Origin: a virus
Lineage: Duplodnaviria > Caudoviricetes
Virus record (IMG/VR): IMGVR_UViG_3300032050_000141
Coordinates: 1 to 61,113 of that record
Length of the DNA: 61,113 bases
Reading direction: 5' to 3' (one strand)
Shown here: positions 1-6,990 of the stretch, in pieces
Numbering within the stretch: position 1 is the first letter of the stretch
How the letters are laid out: each line of letters opens with the position of its first letter
Made by a program: the position numbers and the translations under genes
The notes under the pieces: model-generated
Databases searched by the model: none
The model's input: only the letters and a program-made list of their open reading frames with translations
What the model was told of the DNA's origin: nothing

Positions 1-127
1 GCGCCGACATAGGCTGACAGCACGATTCCGCCCGGAATCACGATATCGGCCAACGCTCGACCCGGCAGGGAACCCGCCTTTTTCGGGACAGGAACCGTCC
101 GGGGATAGAATCCCGGCTTCCGGGAAC
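1..127 (+). repeat. Terminal direct repeat, left copy (probable assembler k-mer overlap)
   Basis: Identical to 60987-61113; 127 is a standard maximum k-mer; an ORF reads through it. Confidence 0.95.
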
Positions 128-251
128 ACCCCCGGGACTGCGCCGCTGCCACTTCTGCCCGCAGCCGGGCAATCTCTTGAAGCGCCGCGGCGTAGTCGGC
201 CGGATTGTGGGGAACCGGAGCCGCCGGGGCGGCATTGCTAACCCTTGCCAT
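1..251 (-). CDS. 5' part of a 141-aa hypothetical protein that wraps the circular junction (continues 60986 to 60812)
   Basis: Manual translation from ATG at 251 (GGAGG 8 nt upstream): MARVSNAAPAAP...LQEIARLRAEVAAAQ...GRALADIVIPGG, in frame with the listed ORF 60812..61039. Confidence 0.8.
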   Translation of the reverse strand, partial: MARVSNAAPAAPVPHNPADYAAALQEIARLRAEVAAAQSRGCSRKPGFYPRTVPVPKKAGSLPGRALADIVIPGGIVLSAYVG

Positions 252-296
252 TGCATCATCCTCCCGAAACACTCTGCGGTGGAAACAGCCGGCCAC

Positions 297-337
297 CGCT
301 CCGGCACAATGCTCTCGCCGGGGCGCCGCCAGCATGG
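297..337 (-). promoter_or_regulatory. Conserved early-gene hairpin element, copy A
   Basis: Core CGCCCCGGCGAG at 325-314, CCATG 12 nt upstream, stem cgccccggc/gccggagcg; precedes ATG 251. Confidence 0.7.
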
Positions 338-405
338 CGGATTGCCCACTAGCATTAGCCTAGTGCGGAATTGCCCGGAATAGGGCGATATGGCCACGAA
401 TGTAG

Positions 406-448
406 TGGCGTTGGGTCCGTGTTTGGGCCGTTTGTAGCGTTTGGCCCG
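406..448 (+). repeat. Degenerate GCGTTNGGYCCG repeats
   Basis: gcgttgggtccg 408-419, gtttgggccg 421-430, gcgtttggcccg 437-448; 14-mer 406-419 identical to 1424-1437. Confidence 0.55.
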
Positions 449-461
449 TATTTGACGGGTT

Positions 462-502
462 GCCATGAGCGCCATGGCCCGATTGCCGATGGCGCTCATG
501 GC
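462..502. other. Perfect 14-bp inverted repeat downstream of the 511..759 gene
   Basis: gccatgagcgccat / atggcgctcatggc. Confidence 0.7.
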
Positions 503-510
503 CCCTTGTG

Positions 511-759
511 TCAGCCCGCCTTGGCCCGCTTGGCCACCTTGGCCGTGATGGGCGTTGTCAGCCCGTCCGGCGTGGTAACCGTGACCGCCTTGATGTTGGC
601 GGGGTTGAACTTCCTCCCGTTGACGCTGAAGCCGCATCGCAGGAGTTGCTGGGCAATGCCGAACACGCGGTCACTGTGCCGCAGGTGAATGGCATACGGG
701 AACAGGCCGCGCTTGGGGACAATCGAGATGGTGGACATGTTGGTCACGATCGTGGACAT
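511..759 (-). CDS. Hypothetical basic early protein (82 aa)
   Basis: ATG 759 preceded by GGAGG; MSTIVTNM...KRAKAG. Confidence 0.75.
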   Translation of the reverse strand: MSTIVTNMSTISIVPKRGLFPYAIHLRHSDRVFGIAQQLLRCGFSVNGRKFNPANIKAVTVTTPDGLTTPITAKVAKRAKAG

Positions 760-798
760 GGGAACCTCCGTTGGGAAAGGGAATCGAACATCGAACGT

Positions 799-852
799 TA
801 GCCGGGACGCCGCCCCGGCAAGACACACTCGCCGGGGCGGCTTTGCCATGGG
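799..852 (-). promoter_or_regulatory. Conserved early-gene hairpin element, copy B
   Basis: Core at 839-828; 11-bp perfect stem gccgccccggc/gccggggcggc (809-841); precedes ATG 759. Confidence 0.75.
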
Positions 853-1212
853 CTATTGGCTATCGGCGTTGGCCGTGGTTTCGCCGGATGGCAACCACTG
901 GGAGCATCTGCGGAGAAACATGGAGCAGATGGGAAGGGCCTTGGTCAGCGGAACCCGGTGCGTCCAGCAATGACGCAACAGGTCAAACAGCAGAACCCTT
1001 GGGGCGTGGCATGAATCCCGGTCATGGGCATTGCAACGCTCAAGAGCCACCATTGCCCCGGTGTGATAGGCCGCCAACAGTTCCAGCATGGTTTCGACGT
1101 ACAAGTCTTCGCTGAACTTGTACGGCGTTTCGTTGTTGACCGGCCAATGCCCCTCTCCGTGCAACTCGGCATCGAGGCAAGAACCGTGATACAGCCTTTG
1201 AAACTCTGACAT
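853..1212 (-). CDS. Hypothetical early protein
   Basis: ATG 1212 after GGAGG; MSEFQRLYHG... Confidence 0.7.
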   Translation of the reverse strand: MSEFQRLYHGSCLDAELHGEGHWPVNNETPYKFSEDLYVETMLELLAAYHTGAMVALERCNAHDRDSCHAPRVLLFDLLRHCWTHRVPLTKALPICSMFLRRCSQWLPSGETTANADSQ

Positions 1213-1240
1213 ATCGACCTCCGTGGTAATAGACAACCGC

Positions 1241-1294
1241 TAGCCGGGACACGCCCCGGCCAACATGCTCTCGCCGGGGCGGCTTTGCCATGGG
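1241..1294 (-). promoter_or_regulatory. Conserved early-gene hairpin element, copy C
   Basis: Core at 1281-1270; shares tagccgggac and ctcgccggggcggctttgccatggg with copy B; precedes ATG 1212. Confidence 0.75.
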
Positions 1295-1377
1295 GCCCAT
1301 CAAAGACCTGTACCAGTAGCCCGGACCTGTAACTGGTACTGGTTCTTGACTCTGGACTGCGGCGATTGGCCGGTCGG

Positions 1378-1437
1378 GCGTTAGGCCCGCATGGGCGTTG
1401 GGCCCGTGGCCGCTTGGCCCGCATGGCGTTGGGTCCG
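1378..1437 (+). repeat. Four tandem degenerate 12-mers at 15-17 bp spacing at the divergence centre
   Basis: gcgttaggcccg 1378, gcgttgggcccg 1395, ccgcttggcccg 1410, gcgttgggtccg 1426. Confidence 0.65.
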
Positions 1438-1450
1438 CTATTGGCTATCG

Positions 1451-1509
1451 GCTATGGCCGAGGCGCCCCGGCGAGTGTGTCCCGGGGCCCGGCGCCGTGC
1501 CGGGGCCGC
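1451..1509 (+). promoter_or_regulatory. Conserved early-gene hairpin element, copy D
   Basis: ctatggccgagg-CGCCCCGGCGAG-tgt (core 1464-1475); precedes ATG 1534. Confidence 0.75.
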
Positions 1510-1533
1510 ATTGCGTCAATGGCGAGGGTTTCT

Positions 1534-1719
1534 ATGGTCTGGCGAATGGTCTTAACGACGGTGAGCCACGAAGGCATTGTGGCGGTGGCGATTCGCAGGT
1601 TTCCGACCAAGGCTATGGCCGAGGAGTGTGGGGAAACGGCGCTGGATGCAGTCAATCGGGAGTTCGTGAAGCACGCCGATTACGAGATCGAGCAAATCTC
1701 CGAGGAGGTGCCACGGTGA
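1534..1719 (+). CDS. Hypothetical protein (61 aa)
   Basis: ATG after GAGG; GTGA overlap with next gene. Confidence 0.65.
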   Translation: MVWRMVLTTVSHEGIVAVAIRRFPTKAMAEECGETALDAVNREFVKHADYEIEQISEEVPR

Positions 1720-1925
1720 ATTGCCCTTATTGCGGAAACGCAATTCCCAAGGAGCGGGTCAAGATTCTGCGGGCTACTGGACGGGCCATGTGCTGCGTCA
1801 AGTGTTCCGCCGAAACGCCCCGGTTAGTGCTGATGGAGTACGGGCACAAGACCGCTGGTTATGCGGTGATCGTGCCACGCGGGTCTGAGCAGCGTGCGTT
1901 GCGCTGCTACCGCAGGTCGCGTTAG
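1716..1925 (+). CDS. DksA/TraR-type C4 zinc-finger protein
   Basis: CPYCGNAIPKER...CVKC pattern; GAGGAGG upstream of GTG. Confidence 0.7.
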   Translation: MNCPYCGNAIPKERVKILRATGRAMCCVKCSAETPRLVLMEYGHKTAGYAVIVPRGSEQRALRCYRRSR

Positions 1926-1943
1926 TTCAGGGGAGTCTTTGAC

Positions 1944-2369
1944 ATGTTTGACCATCTGGTTCGGTTGGTGTTTCAGCGCTTGCTCACGGTCCGCCCCCTT
2001 CTGGAGGAGATCAAGGAGCAGCAGATCGAGGTTCGTCGCATGCCCATCGGTGCCGGCATGCCGCAGGAGTTCAATCGGGCCTTCGCCGGCTTGATGTGGA
2101 GCGTGGAGCGGCTGGGCATGCTGCTGAACGAGGAGGTGCCCATGGAGGACACCGAGGTGATGACCAATCCGATCGTGACGGGCTACATCGTGCAGTTCAC
2201 GCCGGAAGACAGCGAGTCCCATAGCACGCAGTTCGCTGGTCCGTTCCTTTCGCAGGAGGACGCCAAGGACTGGATCGAGAACAACCACTTTGGCGAGGGT
2301 TGTGACTATTACGGGACCACGCAGATCATCGAGATCAGCACCGATCCCAGCGAGATTGATGTTCGCTAA
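1944..2369 (+). CDS. Hypothetical acidic protein
   Basis: 141-aa ORF, GGGAG RBS. Confidence 0.7.
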   Translation: MFDHLVRLVFQRLLTVRPLLEEIKEQQIEVRRMPIGAGMPQEFNRAFAGLMWSVERLGMLLNEEVPMEDTEVMTNPIVTGYIVQFTPEDSESHSTQFAGPFLSQEDAKDWIENNHFGEGCDYYGTTQIIEISTDPSEIDVR

Positions 2370-2371
2370 TC

Positions 2372-2429
2372 GCTATGGCGGCGGCGCCCCGGCGAGTGTC
2401 CCCCGGGGCCCGGCAACGTCGCCGGGCCC
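2372..2429 (+). promoter_or_regulatory. Conserved early-gene hairpin element, copy E
   Basis: ctatggcggcgg-CGCCCCGGCGAG-tgt (core 2385-2396) then gggcccggc/gccgggccc; precedes ATG 2468. Confidence 0.75.
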
Positions 2430-2467
2430 ATTCCGGTTGATTCCCTTGTTTCAGGAGGTTCTTTCCC

Positions 2468-2842
2468 ATGTCCGATGACATTCTGGCCCGTTTGCGTGAG
2501 ATGGCTGGCAGTGCCGGTGAGCCCAAGGTGGAGGCGAAGCCCAAGGCCGTGGCGCCCAAGGCCGCGAAGCCGAAGGCAGAACCCGCCCCGGTGGCGGTGG
2601 TCGAGCCGGAACCCGTGACGGAGCCGGTCCCGGGTTTTGGTGTGGCGAAGTCCGCAGTTCTGGCACCGGTGGTGGTGCTGGACGATGGCACCACGTTCTC
2701 CAACCTGCGCGGTGCCAAGGTCTGCTGGGTTTCGCCCGATGCGGAGGAGATCGAGGAGTCCGACCTCGACTGCGGCATCGAGATCGGTGACCTGCTGACC
2801 CTGCGGGACGCGGTGCAGACCATCCTGCGGATCGTCGGCTGA
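2468..2842 (+). CDS. Hypothetical protein, Ala/Pro/Lys-rich N-terminus
   Basis: 124-aa ORF, AGGAGG RBS. Confidence 0.75.
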   Translation: MSDDILARLREMAGSAGEPKVEAKPKAVAPKAAKPKAEPAPVAVVEPEPVTEPVPGFGVAKSAVLAPVVVLDDGTTFSNLRGAKVCWVSPDAEEIEESDLDCGIEIGDLLTLRDAVQTILRIVG

Positions 2843-2867
2843 TACGTGAACGTCGGTGCATCTTGAC

Positions 2868-2915
2868 CGCCGGTGGCGAGTACGGGAGGCTCGCCACCGG
2901 CGTTTCCTTATTCTT
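2868..2915 (+). terminator. Intrinsic terminator-like hairpin
   Basis: 13-bp perfect stem cgccggtggcgag/ctcgccaccggcg followed by TTTCCTTATTCTT. Confidence 0.6.
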
Positions 2916-2918
2916 CCC

Positions 2919-3848
2919 ATGTCCCAAGAAAGGACTGTTCAAATGGCCAGTGGTCCCAATCCCAAGTCGGCCGTGATGATCGCCACCGTCGGGTGTGTGG
3001 CGTTCTGGACGGCGTTTCGTGTTCTGCGTCAGCGGGTGATCGACGCCTTGGCGAAGGTGGGCGTTACGGCAGTGCCGCCCATCGACTTCTATGACGCGCT
3101 TGTCGAAACCGGCAAGAACGTCATCGACGCCGCCAACCTGCGTCAGCGGAAGTGCCCCATCAAGCCCGACTCGCTGTCGCGGACTGGTGTGGGCGTGGAG
3201 TTCTATCAGACGTTCAAGGGCGACAAGCAGAACCAGCGTGAGTTCTTGTTCTCCCTCGGCGTGGATGACAAGAACACGGTGTTCGTGATTCAGGTCGGCG
3301 TGAACCCTGCGTTGCAGGCATTCTTCGCCAATCCGCAGGTCGATGCCATCCTGAACACGCTGTACCAGAAGCATCTGGAGTACATGCCCAGCCGGGATGT
3401 CACCGATGCTCTGGTTGGTCTGATCGCCAGCCAGAAGGGTATCCCAATGAAGCAGACCGGCGGGGTCTACTTCGTGCCTGACTGTGCTATCTCTGCCGTG
3501 GACTCTGTGTTCCACGACCTGAACGCCGCCGGTTGCCGCTGCACCCTGCTGAAGCAGGACTTGCGGAACAACCCGGAACTGGTGAAGCAGGTCTTGGAGG
3601 CCACCAACGATTCGCTGGTGGAGGAGTGCCAGAAGATGAACGATGTCATGCAGGACATCATCGACAATGACAAGGCTCCCCGTGCCAACGGCATGGCAAC
3701 GAGGATGCAGCAGTTGGGCGAGTTCGCCCGGCTCGCGGAGTATTACGAGGAGCAGTTCGGCACCAACTTGCAGGCCGCACGTTCCGCCCTGTCCAAGTCG
3801 TTTGAACTCATTGCGGAACTGCAAATCCGCAAGTCGGCCGGCAAGTGA
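2919..3848 (+). CDS. DUF6744/DUF3150-like protein (start 2919 or 2943)
   Basis: GGVYFVP motif, helical C-terminus, position upstream of AAA+VWA pair. Confidence 0.55.
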   Translation: MSQERTVQMASGPNPKSAVMIATVGCVAFWTAFRVLRQRVIDALAKVGVTAVPPIDFYDALVETGKNVIDAANLRQRKCPIKPDSLSRTGVGVEFYQTFKGDKQNQREFLFSLGVDDKNTVFVIQVGVNPALQAFFANPQVDAILNTLYQKHLEYMPSRDVTDALVGLIASQKGIPMKQTGGVYFVPDCAISAVDSVFHDLNAAGCRCTLLKQDLRNNPELVKQVLEATNDSLVEECQKMNDVMQDIIDNDKAPRANGMATRMQQLGEFARLAEYYEEQFGTNLQAARSALSKSFELIAELQIRKSAGK

Positions 3849-3860
3849 TGTTTCCCTATC

Positions 3861-3923
3861 GCTATGGGCGGCGGCGCCCCGGCGAGTGTCTTCCGGGCCC
3901 GGCACGGTGCCGGCCCGGCACGG
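3861..3923 (+). promoter_or_regulatory. Conserved early-gene hairpin element, copy F
   Basis: ctatgggcggcgg-CGCCCCGGCGAG-tgt (core 3875-3886); precedes ATG 3956. Confidence 0.75.
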
Positions 3924-3955
3924 TTCGGTTCTCTGTCAATGGGGAGTGATTTCAG

Positions 3956-5056
3956 ATGAGCAGTCTGTTGAATCTGCCGTACTACGTTGCGGCACAGGTT
4001 GGTGTACCGTCCATGGCGTGGGGCGGTACTGGTGTGGCGAAGACCGCCTCAATCGAGGCTTGTGCGGTGGCTGCGGGTAAGGTGTTCCACGCCTTCCTGC
4101 CCACCCACCACCTGCCCGAGGAGATGACCGGCATGCCGGCCGTCTACCGGGAGGAGAACATGGTGCGGATGGTTCCGCTGGACGAGATGCACGACCTGAC
4201 CCTTCCGGATCGGTGGTGGCATCTGGACGAGGCGAACACGGGTTCTTCGATGATGCGTGCCGTCACGCTGTCCATCGTGAACCCCACCGAGCGGCGTATC
4301 GGCCGGCTCACGTTCGCCCCGGACTTGATCGTGACCGCTGCCGCCAACCCGCCGGAGATCGCACCTAATGCGACCCCGTTTGAGGGTTCGGTGCTGAACC
4401 GGTTCTTCCACTGGAAGTGGGAGACTCCGGTGCAGGACTTCCTGACCGGGATCGAAACGGGTGTTTACCCGAAGCCGTCGATCCCCGTGGTCAAGAACAG
4501 CAGCATCGGTGAGATGGCATGGGGCCGCAAGATTCGGTTGTTCTTGGAGAGCAAGCCGGACTTCGTGGAAACCAAGCAGGTCGAGCCGGACGCCTTGTCG
4601 TTCCCCAGTCTGCGGCAGTGGGCCTACGTGAAGAAGGGCTGTGCTGGACTGGACTCGGTGGGTGCTGACCCCAAGGTCTACGTGAAGTTCGTCAGTGGCT
4701 GCGTCGGCCAGACCGCCGCGACCCTGTTCGTGCAGTTCGCACAGGCCATGGACTTGTACTCGGCCCGTGAGGTGATGGAGGGGAAGGCCACGGTCAACTT
4801 CAACGACAAGTTGGACCGGCTGTTCCAACTGCCGTCGGCACTCATCTTCCACGCCCAAATGGCGAAGGACGAGGGTGCCCTGACCGATGACATGGTGGAC
4901 CGTGCGTTCATCGTGTTGCTGACCCTTGGCGAGAAGGGCATGGTCGATGCGGTGAAGCAGCCGCTGTCCGCCATCGCCCTCATCAAGCCCGGCTACCGTC
5001 CGCCGCAGCAGTACCGTGAGCGGTTCGGTTCGCTGCTGTCGCAGATCATGGCTTGA
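3956..5056 (+). CDS. MoxR/dynein-related AAA+ ATPase
   Basis: Walker A GGTGVAKT, Walker B WHLDEAN, sensor AAANP, arginine finger NRF. Confidence 0.85.
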   Translation: MSSLLNLPYYVAAQVGVPSMAWGGTGVAKTASIEACAVAAGKVFHAFLPTHHLPEEMTGMPAVYREENMVRMVPLDEMHDLTLPDRWWHLDEANTGSSMMRAVTLSIVNPTERRIGRLTFAPDLIVTAAANPPEIAPNATPFEGSVLNRFFHWKWETPVQDFLTGIETGVYPKPSIPVVKNSSIGEMAWGRKIRLFLESKPDFVETKQVEPDALSFPSLRQWAYVKKGCAGLDSVGADPKVYVKFVSGCVGQTAATLFVQFAQAMDLYSAREVMEGKATVNFNDKLDRLFQLPSALIFHAQMAKDEGALTDDMVDRAFIVLLTLGEKGMVDAVKQPLSAIALIKPGYRPPQQYRERFGSLLSQIMA

Positions 5057-5079
5057 TTCTTCGTGTCGATTCACTCCCC

Positions 5080-5121
5080 GCCGTGGGGCGTAGTGGTGGA
5101 AACACCGCTGCGCCCCACGGC
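5080..5121 (+). other. Long intergenic RNA hairpin with GAAA tetraloop
   Basis: gccgtggggcgtagtggtg-GAAA-caccgctgcgccccacggc, with G-U pairs on + strand. Confidence 0.65.
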
Positions 5122-5148
5122 ACTCTCTAACGCAGAAAGGTTTCTCGC

Positions 5149-6504
5149 ATGCCGACGATTGCCAAACTGCCGCCGCATATCATCGCGGTGAGCAAGGCCA
5201 AGGAAATGGCCCAACAGTGGATGAAGTATCTCGGCGGGTATCTGGAGGGATGCCCGACCATCTTCGATTCCCGCGTCCCGACCATGGGCGTGGACTCCGA
5301 CGGCAGGTTGTACATCAACCCGCAGTGGGTGGATCAGTGGTCCGTGGAGCAGAATGCCTACGTTCTGCTGCACGAAATGTGCCACAACCTGCTGAACCAT
5401 GCGGAGCGCCGGTTGCAGGCCATCCCCAACGCCAACCCGCAGCAGTTGGAGTGTTGGAACGTGGCCGCAGACCTGTGCATTCAGCAGGTGCTGGAGGAAT
5501 GGGACCAGTACCGTCCGCGTCCATCCGTGGAGATTCGGGATTACGTTGGCGTCCCCGGCATGGTGCCCGGCCTCTCGACCGAGCGGTACTACGGAATCCT
5601 GTGGAACAACGGGAATCCGCAGCAGCCCAAGGGCAAGCAGCCCGGCGGCCAACCCGGCAATCAGCCCGGTCAGCCCGGTCAGGGTGGGCAGGATGACGAT
5701 GACCAGCAGCCCGGCAATGGCGGCAGTGGTGGCGGCACGCCAGTCCCGCCCAAGTCCAAGCAGCCACACGGTCAGTCCGGCTCCGCGTCCGATGGCGTGA
5801 AGCAGGACTACGAACTGGAGTCCGACCTGACCAGTACGGCCACCAACATGGCCAGACTGGAGGACGTTCGCCAGCAGATGGAGGACGATGGCAGCGTCGG
5901 CAAGGGCTCCGGCATGGGGCAACTGCGGCAGTCACTGAACGTGCGGCTCCGGCGTCAGCCCGATCCGTTCGACCAGTTGAAAGCCATCGTTGGCAAGGAA
6001 GTCTCCGCGACAGTGGGAGCGGACGAGTACACCTACCGTCGGCTGTCCCGCATGCAGCAGCATCCGGACCACCCGATGCGTGGCGTAATCAAGGTCAGCC
6101 CGGAGTGCGTCATTGTGCTGGACACATCTGGCTCAATGGGTGCCGGGCCACGGGGCGAACGTGTGTCCCGTGCGTTGACTGCCATTGCCCAAGGTGTGCG
6201 TCGGTTGCAGAACCCCCGCGTTATCTCATGGGACGATGGGCTGCGTGGCGACAAGCGGTGTGCAAGTATCCGGGATTTCCAGTGGGTTGGCGGTGGCGGC
6301 ACCGGCATGGAGGACGCCATCGAAATGGCCGACAAGAAGTACCGGCCGGATTGCATCGTGCTTGTCACGGACTGCGGTACGGGATGGCCGGAGAAGCCGA
6401 CCCGGGCCCGATTGGTTGTGGCTGCGGTGGCAATGGACACGAAGCCGCCGAAGTGGGCACGGGTTGTTGATCTCACGAAGGAGGTCAACGCTTATGTCGG
6501 TTGA
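5149..6504 (+). CDS. DUF2201-type metallopeptidase + VWA domain protein
   Basis: LLHEMCH (HExxH), WNVAADL, Q/G/P-rich linker, MIDAS VLDTSGSM, GGGGT, VTD. Confidence 0.85.
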   Translation: MPTIAKLPPHIIAVSKAKEMAQQWMKYLGGYLEGCPTIFDSRVPTMGVDSDGRLYINPQWVDQWSVEQNAYVLLHEMCHNLLNHAERRLQAIPNANPQQLECWNVAADLCIQQVLEEWDQYRPRPSVEIRDYVGVPGMVPGLSTERYYGILWNNGNPQQPKGKQPGGQPGNQPGQPGQGGQDDDDQQPGNGGSGGGTPVPPKSKQPHGQSGSASDGVKQDYELESDLTSTATNMARLEDVRQQMEDDGSVGKGSGMGQLRQSLNVRLRRQPDPFDQLKAIVGKEVSATVGADEYTYRRLSRMQQHPDHPMRGVIKVSPECVIVLDTSGSMGAGPRGERVSRALTAIAQGVRRLQNPRVISWDDGLRGDKRCASIRDFQWVGGGGTGMEDAIEMADKKYRPDCIVLVTDCGTGWPEKPTRARLVVAAVAMDTKPPKWARVVDLTKEVNAYVG

Positions 6505-6567
6505 TGAAGTCGCGTTCTTGATAGCACTCATTGGCATTGGCTTGTATCTCACAAACGGGAGGCCAAG

Positions 6568-6990
6568 GTGACGAAGAAAGCAGAGTACGTGGTTCGCAAT
6601 GCTCTCCGTGACTGGCGTAGCAGAGCGAACCAGATGGTTCGGAACTGCCTGCGAAGGCTACGAAAGGAGGGGATCACGCCAACGCAGCCGGGCGTCAATG
6701 ATTATCTCGCGGCTACCGAAACCGTGGAGATGTATTTGCGAACGGAACTGCACGATCTCGTAGCAGAGTGGGAGCAGAAGCGGTCCAACTACGAACCGCT
6801 GTTCTCGATGCCGCCGGCTCGGCGTAAGACGGCGGCACCAGCGAAACCCCTAACGCTGGTCGAGCGTAGGGCAGTGGCCGCAAAGGCCAAGGTTGTTCAG
6901 TGGCAGCGCAAGCAGAAACTTGCGGCCACGAAGGTACGGCAGTACCGCAAGAAGGTTTCCTACTACACCAAGAAAGGTGTGATCCGATGA
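6568..6990 (+). CDS. Hypothetical basic protein
   Basis: 140-aa ORF, GGAGG upstream. Confidence 0.7.
   Translation: MTKKAEYVVRNALRDWRSRANQMVRNCLRRLRKEGITPTQPGVNDYLAATETVEMYLRTELHDLVAEWEQKRSNYEPLFSMPPARRKTAAPAKPLTLVERRAVAAKAKVVQWQRKQKLAATKVRQYRKKVSYYTKKGVIR

Noticed and set aside
1-127. 127-bp terminal repeat as a biological direct terminal repeat
   Set aside because: Length equals a common assembler k-mer and a gene reads straight through it.
38-637. 199-aa minus-strand ORF
   Set aside because: Crosses element A and the hairpins; the RBS-supported gene is in another frame (ATG 251).
297-3923. Six-copy element as a CRISPR array
   Set aside because: Copies are hundreds of bases apart, separated by whole genes, in both orientations; no cas genes.
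2451-5922. Long antisense ORFs (484, 341 and 283 aa), likewise 44408..45742 and 48770..50026
   Set aside because: Shadow frames of strongly GC3-biased real genes; no motifs or RBS.
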